Source: Parasitella parasitica NRRL 2501 (Eukaryota > Fungi > Mucoromycota). Taken from it: a stretch of 57,326 nucleotides of DNA. The notes under the pieces were generated by a model that saw only the letters and a list, made by a program, of their open reading frames with translations, made no database searches and was not told where the DNA came from. Position numbers and translations under genes: made by a program. Location: contig MU619295.1 in assembly GCA_025201805.1 (NCBI GenBank), positions 54,760 through 112,085 on the forward strand. The letters run 5' to 3'. This document shows positions 39,952-52,161 of the stretch, piece after piece (within the stretch, counting starts at the first letter, position 1; every line of letters begins with the position of its first letter).

Positions 39952-40617
39952 TTATTGCTTTGGGATAGTAGGCAATGTCTTGGGAACTTCAGGAAAATTT
40001 AGAGTCTTTAGCTTCTCCGATGCTTCCTTCTGTTCAATCTTCTTTCTATGTTCACGCTGTCTCAAGTAAAAGTAATCACGTTGAATGACAAAACGCACTG
40101 GCTGCTGGGATGACGTGGGAAGCATCGATGATGATGATGGCGACGATGGAGTGTTGTTGGTGCTGGTGCTGGTGCTGCCGTTGAGAGTCGGAGAAGACGG
40201 CTGTTTATTCTCCTCTGGCTCATCTTGCTTGCTTTCCTCGTCCTGGTCATGCTCCCTTTTTTTGCCCTCATCATCCTGTGTTTTATGACCACTGTTGCTC
40301 CCTCGCCATGATTTCCAAGCAGAGCCAATGCTCGATACTAAATCCACGACACTGTCGCTTTCAGGAGGCCTGCTGGCCAATTGCTCCTTTTTCGCTTTGC
40401 TTTGTACAGGCTTTGGCGAGCCCCCCAGCTTGGAACAGAAATTGAAATCGCCCAAATGGCTTCGGCAGATGTAAAACCAATCTGCGTTGCTATTGTCTGC
40501 AGACGTCAGTACGGCACTTGTGAATTTGCTGCAGACAAAGCAGGGCCGCTCTTGAGTCACTAGACGAGCGACGTAAAGGTTCTGCAGTCGCTGCGACTGC
40601 TTCGATTCTGCTGCCAT
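39952..40617 (-). CDS. VFA1: Vps4-associated protein 1 (DUF1742), single exon
   Basis: N.Y..R.V...RPCFVCSK.T..VL...DWFYIC.SHL.D.NF; C-terminal ..RDYFYLRQ and FPEVP. Confidence 0.8.
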   Translation of the reverse strand: MAAESKQSQRLQNLYVARLVTQERPCFVCSKFTSAVLTSADNSNADWFYICRSHLGDFNFCSKLGGSPKPVQSKAKKEQLASRPPESDSVVDLVSSIGSAWKSWRGSNSGHKTQDDEGKKREHDQDEESKQDEPEENKQPSSPTLNGSTSTSTNNTPSSPSSSSMLPTSSQQPVRFVIQRDYFYLRQREHRKKIEQKEASEKLKTLNFPEVPKTLPTIPKQ

Positions 40618-41077
40618 TGTTGGTTGTTCCAGAATAGAAAAGAAGAAGGAAAGGTAGAAGAAGGAGAGGAAAAAAAAAAAAAAAAAAACAACCCCCCCAC
40701 AAAAAAAAAGGGTTTTCGAATTAGAAAATCGAGTTCCTTTGGTCAGCTTTTGGATTGCACAATGGAGCGTTTTACAAAGGCTCATTGAGCAGATAGAAAG
40801 GCCTATTATCTATGCTTTCGCGAATAATGGAAATTGGCCTGAATAATGATGCCCCGTTCATACGCTAACAATGCGTTTTTATTGCACTGCTAAAAAAGAG
40901 GCCCTCGTGAAAGAGATGATGGCCGCTCATGCCCTGTGGTATGTACCAGTGTATGACACACATTGTTCAGTAAATAGCCTTGTGATCACGAAATTATTTA
41001 CACGGCCTATAAATAAAACAAGCTTGGCTTCTTGTTTCTTTCTATTACTCTTTTTCTCCTTTATGCAATTCAATAAA

Positions 41078-42424
41078 ATGGCACAATCTTTCGATAAAAA
41101 TAAGCACAGGATCTCCAGAACACAGGATACGCTTGGATATATGGACACGAGCCTCATTCGCCAGCGACAACCTAAGCGAGAGAAAATCCCAAGAGTTCCA
41201 ATCTCATCTAACTTTGCATATGTCACAAATAGCAATATCTTGCCAGTGGAGCCTACTCCAACTAGGCCGATGCGACTTGCTGTAGACAACCGAAAGAGAT
41301 CGTCTACAACATTGGCAAAGCCAGAGAACGCCCCAGAATCATCGTCTCACAGCGCAACGCAGCCACCTACCAAGTCCAATGCAGCCGATGCCACTGCTTT
41401 GAATACTGCCTTGAATACATTGCAGCCAACGGACCAACACCAAGACCCGCCGCTCGAATCCAGATCAAATTCTCTCAATAACAAAGGCAAGGAAAGGGAA
41501 CATCCACCTGCCGCAGAACAAGCGCCAGCAGCATCAACTTCTGCCGAGGCACCCGCACAGTATGCCGCCAACAGCAACGACCAAGGGCCACGAGCGCCAC
41601 CACAAACGTCGCAAGAAAGAGACGAGTTCAAGGATATGTTTGTCACCAAGTTCCTAGAGCTCAAAGAGCTAGCAGAGATGTTGCATTACATTGAGGGGTC
41701 AAGTCCACAGTCAGTATATACACAGAGCCGCTCGTTTGAGCAGGCTCCAAGGCCAACACCTTCTCATTCGGACCCAAACACCCATTCACAGCTGCGCAAG
41801 AAACCAAGCCGAGGTAAACTGAATGGGTATGTTTATCCGTCACCCGAGAATAATCGCAAAACCCACAACAAGAGCGCTGACATGGCGACTAATTACGGCG
41901 AGCCAAACAAAAGGCATTCAAGCAGCAGCAGCAGCAGACGCAATATTTATAGCAAAAGCAGAGAGTATCCTTTGGACCATCATGACGGTCGCACACCATA
42001 TGATGCCAACGTATATTATGGCCATTCTTATGCTCAGCAAATACCCTACTACTACAGCCTATACAAAGATTACTACTTGCCACCGAGCGAGGAAGCATTC
42101 CTGGATCATGGAGACTATTACGTGGCCCATCATTCGCTCCATCGAGCAAGACAGCCCACATACTACGACGATGATATTAGGCCACGCAGAAAATCGTCGA
42201 GTAATATGCATGAAGAGCAGCAGTACAGACTGAAGAAAAAGGGATCTCGAGGTAGTATGAGGAAATCTAAAGTGGGGCAGCAACAGCAACAGCAGCAGCA
42301 CTCGTTCTACGAGTATCCTGATGTCACTCCTCCCCACCCTCCGCATCACCACCATTATCAATATTCATACGGACATCCTGCTTATTACCAAAACCAACAA
42401 TATGCCCCTAATGGAGGTGGTTAA
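41078..42424 (+). CDS. Hypothetical intrinsically disordered protein (P/S/Q/Y/H-rich)
   Basis: Uninterrupted ~448-codon ORF from ATG 41078 (context AATAAAATGG); no recognisable domain. Confidence 0.65.
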   Translation: MAQSFDKNKHRISRTQDTLGYMDTSLIRQRQPKREKIPRVPISSNFAYVTNSNILPVEPTPTRPMRLAVDNRKRSSTTLAKPENAPESSSHSATQPPTKSNAADATALNTALNTLQPTDQHQDPPLESRSNSLNNKGKEREHPPAAEQAPAASTSAEAPAQYAANSNDQGPRAPPQTSQERDEFKDMFVTKFLELKELAEMLHYIEGSSPQSVYTQSRSFEQAPRPTPSHSDPNTHSQLRKKPSRGKLNGYVYPSPENNRKTHNKSADMATNYGEPNKRHSSSSSSRRNIYSKSREYPLDHHDGRTPYDANVYYGHSYAQQIPYYYSLYKDYYLPPSEEAFLDHGDYYVAHHSLHRARQPTYYDDDIRPRRKSSSNMHEEQQYRLKKKGSRGSMRKSKVGQQQQQQQHSFYEYPDVTPPHPPHHHHYQYSYGHPAYYQNQQYAPNGGG

Positions 42425-42551
42425 AAGGACATTTGAGATTCTTTGATGGCATTTAATTTTAAAGGATATAATATATATATATGTGTGTACGTATAGATAA
42501 GAATAAAAAGAAAACAAGGTATATTGTGGCATAATTATTGCGTCGTAGAAA

Positions 42552-43162
42552 TCATTGATCCTCCAGAAAATTCTGTACGCTATATTTATTATTGCAAATG
42601 GTTAGTTTGTGTTAGCGTGGGGCGGGAGGGGGGGGGGGATCTGTATATATAGTTTGTAAATAGCGTACCTTGGTGCAACGCTTTTTGTCTTTAAAAGCGT
42701 CTCTTTCCATTCTTGCTCTGGGTCAGACAAAAAAGTAATGGCACCACCGCCGCCTACTGAAATCTCGACTGCATTATTTGCTTTTGAGGATGCCACTGCG
42801 GTGCGGATAACAACGTTGAAATCAGCACTGCCGTTCAAAGAAAAGTATCCCAGACAACCCGAGTAAACGCCGCGAGGTTTGTGCTGCTCCAATTGATCTA
42901 ATAGCTGCACCGATCGTAATTTAGGAGCTCCTGTCATGGAGCCAGGGGGAAAGCATTTCTGAACCGCTTCTACGCTGCTGACGTGAGGATACAGCGTGCC
43001 GCGGACTGTAGACACCAGATGGTGCACTTTTTCATACGTCTCTACATGCATAAGCTTTGGCACGCATACGCTGCTGGGTTCACATACTTGGGCCAAATCA
43101 TTTCTGATCAGATCTACAATCTATACCATCTTCAAAGATTAGCCCTCTTGCGTAACGTTACG

Positions 43163-43197
<35 letters not shown>

Positions 43198-45658
43198 TCG
43201 GTTACCATGAGATTCTCGGCTCTTTCCTTTACATCCTGCCACAGCTGCTGCTTTCTCTCATTGTCCTTTGCGTCCATTCTTTCCTCACAAGCAGCGCCAA
43301 AGTCGCAATGCGCATCGCCGCACACGCATTTCAACACACGTGCTATTGTTCCTTTGATAGGCTTCATTTCTGCGACGTGGTCTTTGCTAACCTTCAAGAA
43401 TCGCTCTGGGCTTGAGCTCAAAAGGCCCATTCCTGGAAACATCATGAGAGCAGAAAAGGGAGCAGGGTTGTTCTTTCGCAGATAGCGAGTATGGAGGCGC
43501 CATAGAGCAGGGTCTCTGGTGTCTGTTGTGATGTGCTTTGGCAACTCCAGGCGGAAACGCGTGGTGAGACAGATTTCATAAGCTTCGCCCTCTCTGATAT
43601 TATCTACACATTGCGCAATGGTGCTGAGATACGTTTCATGTTCTGTGTCTGCTGTGAATAGTCTGGTGGCAAGGTCTATATTGACCGATGGCGTTGGTGT
43701 CGTCGATGCGCTTTTGAGGCTTGCATCATCCACTATTTTCTGCTTCAAAATACGTTGGCTTGTTTGTAGCAAAATACTTTCCTGCGCCTGGATCCAAGCA
43801 TTAGCTTGTTGCTGCTGCATGAATCCAATAGGCAATGATGGCTGATCTGGCGATACGAGCAGACAGCAGATATAGATTTCTCGCTTCACCTGATTGAACA
43901 CTAAAAATCGATCAACAAACTGGAATGCTGCGTCGGGTTCTTGGACACACAGACAGCAGTTGGGCTGCTGCTGGTCTGTGCGGTGATGGTGAGGACAGGC
44001 ACACCGTTGCTCCTTTGGTGTAATGTAGCCGTCCATGCTCTCTCGCTTCATCTCGTAGCCAAAATAGCCGACCAAACCACCTTGAAAGTCAAGATCAGCC
44101 GACGGCTTGCCACCGTCTACAGTGCGAGGAACTATATCGCTGTACTGATCCAGCATTTGGGATATATAGTCGAAAAACGTGCCCCTTTCCAGCACTGCGG
44201 CAGATGTGTGGCCAGCCCTGGTTGTTGTGCAAACTTGACGGTGCAATGTTGAGTAGGTCAACATCAGGGCTGGACTGGTAGATAATACTGACATGCACGA
44301 ATAAGGCGATGAACTTCTGCTGCTATCCAACCATCCCATGTATTGCTCCCCCAGCGGATTCGACAACAATTCATCCACCAGTAATTCCGGATCAACCCAG
44401 TGGTGACAGCTGGTTTTTACTAGTAACTCTACGCTTCGGTTGGGCTGATTTGACGCTGAAGATCTCAATAATTTTGGCAACGCTACAGAGTTGGACAATA
44501 ATTCAGCACTCAATGGAGTGTTGGATAGTCCCCGATGTCCCTGGAGTATAGGTTAATGTAAGCAATTTATCTACAACGCACAAAAAAAAGGAGGGGGGAG
44601 CTAACCTTGTCTACCATCCATTTATAGGTCTCTTTCTGGAAATTGTGTATCATTGCTGATCCTTCTTCGGTCGATACGGATTCAGGATGGAACTGGACAC
44701 CCCACAAAGGCAGCGATTTATGCTGGAATCCCATTACTGTTATTTGCGTATCCTTACTCTCATTTTCCAAGTGGTTCAAATAGTGATTACGACTTGATGC
44801 TTCCTTGTCGCTGTCAACTAAGAATGCGGCCGTTCTCAAAGCATCTATATCAGCGTCGTTTTCGTAACAATAAGCTGTGAGCCGTAAATCCTCGGGTAAT
44901 GCTATTTTCAATGGTCAATCGGCTTGCTATCTGCATCACATACTAGCCTACTGATCGCAGACACTTACAATCTTTCTCTACTACAAGCGAGTGATATCTA
45001 ACGGCCCAGAATGGAGTTGGACACTGATGCATAATGCTCTTGTAACTTGTATCTTCCGGCTGGTAATGATGCACTTGGGACATGCGGCCATGCATGATTC
45101 TTGGGGCGTAGGTTACCTATTTCGTCGTTACTAAACGTCAAGCGCATGCAAAGCATGAATTTTTGGCAGCGCTACCTTTCCACCCAGCAAATGGCCAATG
45201 CCCTGATGTCCCAAGCAGACCCCAAAGACGGGCCTGTGCAGATGAGACTGGCTTGGATCCAATTGAGCCTTTAGCAAGTCTGTACAAATACCAAAATCCT
45301 ACACATGTTTCTGACTTTTGAGTTATCAAATCAAGAGGGGGGGGGGAGAGAGAGACACTGCTTACCTCAGATCTCTCAGGCCTTCCAGGTCCCGGTGATA
45401 TAATGACATTATCAAAATAAGGCAGTATACTATTGACAAACTCTTGCCTAGACATGGATAAAATTTATCAGTGCTGTATTCCTCCCGAATGCACAGCTAC
45501 ACATCTTTTTACCAGCTACATTGATCATTTCGAATAACCATTACATTGCTGCTATCAGTGAACAACTGCAACAGATTGAAGGTATAGGAGTCATAGTTGT
45601 CTATAATGAGTGTTTTGATGTGTTGCAAGTTTGGCTCTTGCTGCAATGTTGGAATCAT
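42552..45658 (-). CDS. ABZ1: Aminodeoxychorismate (PABA) synthase, PabA-PabB fusion, multi-exon
   Basis: [82 protein letters not shown]. Confidence 0.95.
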
Positions 45659-46471
45659 GCCTTTTTTTTTTGATGAAAAGAGTGAGTTTTCGAAAAAGGA
45701 ACTGCTTCCATTTTTATAGATCTTGACAGGATGGATGGTTTTGTCCACGAGTCACGGCATAACCAATAGAAGTCTGAAATCTACTCAATGAAACAAGCGG
45801 CATTCCCCAGTATGATGCGCCTATTTCATTCGAGGAGGCCGTCAGCCATCGAGATTTTGCAGATGGCAAAAGGGCAAATGCAACTGGTCGGCTCCGATTA
45901 CAATGCAGCCAAACTTTTTGTTCGCCAGGAGCTTGATATTGTTCAATAGAAACAGTGGCATTTTTTTAATATTGAGATCTTGTTAGTATGAAGAGATATG
46001 CAGCCAATCGGTTCTGATCATAATAGGTGCAATCGCACCTCGAACAGATGTATCTCTGATAGGGGGCCAAGCATCTGTTGAGCCTTCAGCAAAATGACTT
46101 CATAATTATCTTATAAACTCGCTTGGTACATTTCGCAATTCATATCGATAAAAACCAAAGCTTGGCCTGCGTGTAAGTCATTCCAATGCAACGATATCAT
46201 AAAACACATTGCATCAGCCCACAGGTCAAACGACAAGCCTGTAACGGGACAGCTATTGAAGGGTCTTGTATACATTCATCAGCTGCAGAGAAATTTAGGA
46301 AAATTAAACCAGCTTTTCAACTACACAGATGAAACGAGAAACAGTTTTAATCTTTTCTTGATACATGAAGAATATATAAAACGAAAAAGTACAATTATAA
46401 CGAGAAAAAAAAAATGCAAATTAGGTGATATTCTTCAGATTTACAGACGAATTTCGTTCATGTATGTGACT

Positions 46472-48466
46472 TCAAGATGAAGTAACAGGCTCATAGCTCC
46501 AGATCCTTGCTCTGTTATCACCAGATCCTGTGGCAAATAATGGCCTTCTTCCAGGACTTGTGGCAACGGATATCACTATGATGAAATGTTACATAAACAC
46601 ATTGCATTTAATCTAAAGTATGGGCGAAGCATACCTGAATTCTTATGGCCTTGCAGCATGAATTGGGTTTGACCAGTGCGAGGATGCCAGAACTGGACAC
46701 TTCGGTCTTTTGAGCCAGACACAATCCAGCGGTCGTCAGGTGTTGTAGCAACCGATAAAACGAAATCTTTGTGGCCTGAAAACACTTGAATACAGGAGTT
46801 TTTTGTTCTGTCGCCCAGCTGCCACATTCGGAGAGTCTTATCCAAGCTTCCACTCACCAACGTTTTGCCATCGGGCATGAATGCCACCGAATACACACTA
46901 TCTTCATGGCCCTCCAATCTCTCCAATAGAGCGCCGTTAACAGCGTCCCAGATTCTTACCATTTTATCCAAACTGCCAGCAGCGACAAGTCTACTATCTG
47001 GCGAAATAGCAATGCTGGTAACTCCAGGGTCGCTCTGATCTACTTCGTTGATGCGTAAAGTGTGTAAGCATTTGGCATCTACCCAATCCCAGATTCTGGT
47101 TGTACGATCGCCTGAGCCAGAAACAAGGATGCGACCATCACGACTAAACTCGAGTGAATAAATGTCCTGTTCGTGTCCTGACAAAACGCATCGAATACGT
47201 GTCCTTGCGATCTCCCAGATCTGCGCGAGGGGGGGAAAAGGCTGAGAAAAAAAAGTACTAGGTAAAAAAATGATGATTTGCATAGCTTACTCTGATTCTT
47301 TTGTCTTCGGCACCAGTAGCCAGGTACTTGCCGTCGGGGCTGAAACTTACAGATCGAATGTACAAATCACCATCTTTGCCAGCAGTTTCATCTTGCAGAA
47401 CACTACAGGGAAAGAAAAAAAAGATAATAAAGAAGCAGGGGTTATAGGTAAGGAGGGGGAAAGTTTAGAGTTGGTGATGTTAATATAAAGTTAAGGTGTA
47501 ACAAACATTTTTTTTGTACATACGCTACACGTGTTGAAGTGATGGTATCGTAGATGTATGTCGCTTGATTGCATCCAGCAGCGAGGAATCTGCCATCCAT
47601 GCTGAACTTGACGCAGCACACCACGCTATCATGGTCCAGAGTGTGAACGAGATCAACCTTGAGATATCTTGGCACCTTTGGATTGAATCTGATGATAGAC
47701 AGCACATGCAATTTTTTTTTTTTAGTGCGCTTCCGACAACAAAGAAAAGAATCGACTTACAATGCAAACCAGTCTTGTCCCTCTACCTTCATGTTGGCTG
47801 GAACTGACTCAGGGTCAAGGTCATTCAGGCCAATGCTGGGTTGATTTGCTGGTGCTACCACGGACGAAGAGGGCGGCGGAGGGGGAGGGGGTAATGTTGA
47901 TTTAGGTCTGTTGCTATGTTGCGGTGGCTGACCTGGCTGCTGGGAGGGAGGAGGCCCAAAATGGGGCACATTTGTCAATGGAGAAGCAGTCAACGGGGGA
48001 GGTGCTGGAGGTGGTTGAGATTGCTTAATGTCGGGTTGCTGAGATGGCTGGTACCCGCTGTGCTGCATCTGATCCAATTGCTGTCTTAATCTAGAAATTT
48101 CTTCTTCGTATCTATAGAACAATTTAGTATAACTGGGCTGCGTGGAGACACCAAAAAAAAAACACGTAACTGCTTCTTTAGCATTTGCTGCGTTCGCTCC
48201 AAGTCCAACAATGTCTGCTGAAATACATTCATTTCCTGGATTTGGCTGTTGACTATATTACATGTCGTGGATAGTGGTTAATTTCGATTGCGCCTGCTAG
48301 CTTAAATGTGTATATAGTCACCCTTGTGTTCATATTCATCTCTTTGGCTCTTGGTAATCTGTGCCTCTTGGCTAAGCTGGTCGTATTCAACTTTTACTGC
48401 TTCTAAAAGCTCCAATAATCGTGTTTGGTTCGTAGGAACCATGGGCCGATGGTTATATACTGACAT
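46472..48466 (-). CDS. TUP1: General transcriptional corepressor Tup1 (N-terminal coiled coil plus WD40)
   Basis: [79 protein letters not shown]. Confidence 0.96.
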
Positions 48467-48504
48467 TGGGTCTCTTGATTTATTGTTTTAATGAATTAGG
48501 AATA

Positions 48505-48515
48505 ACGAAAGAAGG

Positions 48516-48546
<31 letters not shown>

Positions 48547-48575
48547 GAGCGAGAGAGAGAGAGAGGGGGGAAGGG
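48505..48575 (+). repeat. GA-rich microsatellite in the TUP1 5' region
   Basis: Imperfect (GA)n purine tract. Confidence 0.8.
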
Positions 48576-49419
48576 AAAGCGAAACAGAAAAGAAAAAATA
48601 AGACAAACATCCCCAATGGGCAAGGTAACTGTATCGCACAGAAGCCATTAAAACACCGGCTCCCTCACGCTTACATTGGTGAATTTTGAATTAAGTTCAT
48701 AAACAATTTCCTTATTTTTAGGGTAGACATCGTTAACTATATTTCAGACGAAAACTACAATGATTTTATGGCTGAGAGAATAAAATTTGATGAGGGTGCT
48801 GTTGAGCTCGGCAATATTGAGATAGATGCTTAGTGAAAATGAGTATCTCAAAGAAGATATTCTCAAAGCGCAAAAGATGGAAAAAATGGAGGAAATAGTT
48901 TCTGGAGACTAATTACACATAAGCCTATAATTTAACAAAGTTTATTGTTAAAGAAGCATTTAAAAAAAAAGAATGTTATACTTAGCTTGGTTTCTCTAAA
49001 TACAAAGAATTCGCTCTATGCTTCGATAATAACAGGATTAACCACGAGAAGGTGAAGGTAAACCTAATCCCAAAAAATATATCTTAAAAAAAGCACACTA
49101 TAAGGATGACCAGAACGGACACCCAATCCCCAAATGACTCTACTCTACTGTAAGGCGACATTTATGGTTAAATGCTAGTGCAATAACAATACCATTAGTA
49201 AGAACACGAAGGATTTCCCTACGGAACTAAAAGCACCACGCTTTTCAAAATGATGGCGCAGGTATCTGGGAAACATGAAGGTTGGGTTGCCACAATTTGC
49301 TTGATAAAAATGCAGTTGAAAATGATATTAGAGTGTGAGACATACAATTATACTGTACTTATATTTACCTCTTTTTATAAATAGTTTTATGATATGATAG
49401 TTTACTGAAACAATATCAT

Positions 49420-49837
49420 CCTGACTACTACCTTAAAGTACATGCAAAAGATGCTCTAGTAATAAAGCATCTCCAATCATGTAGTAGGAATTTGTCGTCT
49501 CACTAGGATAGAGACCAAAGTAATACTTGGGATGCTCCATGGCAGGTCTAAAGAAGTACCTCACAAAGTCCTATCAGCACTTGTAGCCCTTTCGTCGTCT
49601 TGTAAGCGATCAAGCCAGGGTTTCAGTTGCATCTTGCACCCTGTCTACTACCTTAAAGTACATGCAAAAGATGCTCTATTAACAAAGCATCTCCAATCAT
49701 GTAGTAGGAATTTGTCGTCCCACTAGGATAGAGACCAAAGTAATACTTGGGGTGCTCCACGGCAGGTCTAAAGAAGTACCTCACAAAGTCCTATCAGCAC
49801 TTGTAGCCCTTTCGTCGTCTTGTAAGCGATCAAGCCA
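49420..49837 (+). repeat. Tandem direct duplication with 220-bp period (two ~198-bp copies)
   Basis: 49420-49617 and 49640-49837 match with about 6 substitutions. Confidence 0.95.
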
Positions 49838-51144
49838 TTTTATGCGATGCGTAAAAGGTAACAAAAAAAAATAGCTTTGCTGTCTGATATGCTTTATTTA
49901 TGGATGATGCAACCTTTTTTTTTGTAGGCTTATTTTTTGGGTCTATTTATGATTTCGGTAACGGAGATCGAGCCTCTTTCAATTGTGTATTTACTAGCTT
50001 ACTGCAATGTTAAGCAGTACTTTTCACGGATGTGCGCGTACAAAGATGAAATAGCAACGGATACTCCAAACTCGCTTCATCGACTCTTCACTTGCCTATT
50101 CCAAAACGGTTGAAGGGTTAGCGTCAAAACAACTGGATCAAAAAGGCGGCATGGGCCGGAAATAGCTTTTTTGGTTTCGCTTTTCCTTTTTGTGTAGATG
50201 TACTACCTGGAAGAATTAACCTCTTACTATCATTGAATTGGCTGCTTTTGGTACGGTGGCCCCTGTTTCCTGTAAAATGTATATAAAGGGTGCGATTTGC
50301 TCAAACCCATACTTTTTACATGTTTTGGTCATCTCCTCCATTTTTTTCATCTTCTGCGCTTTGAGAAATATCTTCTATGAGATACTCATTTTCACTAACC
50401 ATCTATCTCAATGTTGTTGCCGAACTCAACAGCACCCTCATCAATTTTTAGTCTCTCAGCCATAAAAATATTGTACTTTTCGTTTGAAATATAGTTAACG
50501 TAGTCCGTTTTTATTTACTAACCTAAAAGAAAGGAAATCGTTTCGAATGTAACTGAAAATATTGTACAAGAACTAATAGGTCTCTCGATTGGATCAACGC
50601 GCATTTATTAGCTCCAAAGGTGAGGTGTTGCATTTCGTAAAGATTATTTGCTTTAAAGATTAGAGTAGAACCTGTAATCCTCTTGATTGGGACCGCTCGT
50701 ATAAATCACCCTGGCTTGTGTTCAGGGAAAAGAGCCATAGGCCGATTTAGGACAGTTGTCGCTCTAATCTCTGGGAACCTCTAGATTAAATCAAGATGAA
50801 CTGGCACTGCAGTTTTCAGGATTCAATCCCGCCCTCACAGCCCTCAATTTTGAGACATGTTGTCGCCATGAGCCCATCCCATAGTGCTACCGACACCACT
50901 GCTTGCTCTCCGAAAACGTTATACTGAGGATGTGTAGATTGCCGATTTCTATGATGGTTTTTTCGTTTATTTTCTGTCATTGGGTTTTGTAGTTCCTTGT
51001 TAAGCACCGCTTTGCTTTATGATTCCAACATTAAGCATACGTGCAACAATTAAAACCCATTTTTTAAGAGAGAAAAAAAAAAGTAACATGTCCGTTTTCT
51101 ACGCTTTGGGTACACATCTATTGTACAATAAATCATGATGCTTT

Positions 51145-51761
51145 TTATTCTAGTTTGTCCAGATGGTCAAGCCTTGTTAAAACCACATTTTTGCTTGTTT
51201 CCTCTATTTCACCTGCCAAAAACACTTCGTCCAGTATGGCGTAAACCTGCTTGCCATGAATAATTAATGCCCGCTTTACAGAAACGCAATCCGGGCCTTC
51301 TCCTCACCTTGTAAAAATTAAACACTAAATCCAATTCGCACACATTTCCAAAAAATGCGTCTAAAACCTCGACAAAGAAATGGATGGCTTCCAAATAGGA
51401 CAGCTCATTATCATTCGCATCAACACAGACACAGAAAAACAAACCGGCATATCGACGATACACAATCTTGTAATTGCGAAACTGCGAAAAAAAAAAGCAG
51501 GTTACGACACTTGCCATCTATACACAGAGTGAGGGCCACACATACCTCCACAAAGTTACTTTGGTGCTTTTGGTCTCTTGGTGCAATGAGCCGATGTACC
51601 TCTCCTTTCAGCTTAACCTTTTCTTCGTCTTCGTAAGGCACATACCATTTTGCTAATCTAGTTTTGCCCTGACGGTTTTGCACTAGAATGAATCGAAGCT
51701 ATTACTGCTGATTAAACTCATTTGCTTTGTTATATATTCAAACCCGTGTATTCATTACCAT
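51145..51761 (-). CDS. APS2: AP-2 complex sigma subunit; first coding exon is ATG only
   Basis: [65 protein letters not shown]. Confidence 0.95.
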
Positions 51762-52161
51762 GGTATATATTATGTATGTGTGTAATGAATAAAATTGTAA
51801 AAAAGAAGATTGAAAAAAAGGAGTTGCTGCTATTTGCAATTGGCTACTTTCCAAATTAAGACGGTGACCTCTGAAATGCTATCATTCGTAAGATATGAAG
51901 CTCTCACAAAAAGTCCATCCGCCATTCCAGCCTTGAGAAACTCTTATCAGTGTCCGCGATCAGTAAATAACACACAGCCTATGCCTTGCGACCAGTGTTC
52001 TGCGGGAAACACCGCCTTCCTTGACCTGTCTAAGAGCTCCTTTTTGATAGCAGGACTTTTGACAATACTGCCCAAACATAAACATTATCTAAATTTCATT
52101 TGTAGTCATGTGCTACTATTAATGAAAAGGAACATTTAGAGCTAAAAATTAACAAGTAATT

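Noticed and set aside
40618-41077. N-terminal extensions of the 277-aa and 517-aa ORFs
   Set aside because: They translate poly-T/UTR sequence; downstream ATGs at 40617 and 41078 have better context
9102-45658. Apparent cofactor cluster (CAB1, QNG1, ABZ1, Mg transporter)
   Set aside because: Genes are 6-13 kb apart, interspersed with unrelated housekeeping genes, and in different pathways
48700-51007. Fragmentary ORF-like stretches between TUP1 and APS2
   Set aside because: Many stops and no identifiable domain or RNA motif
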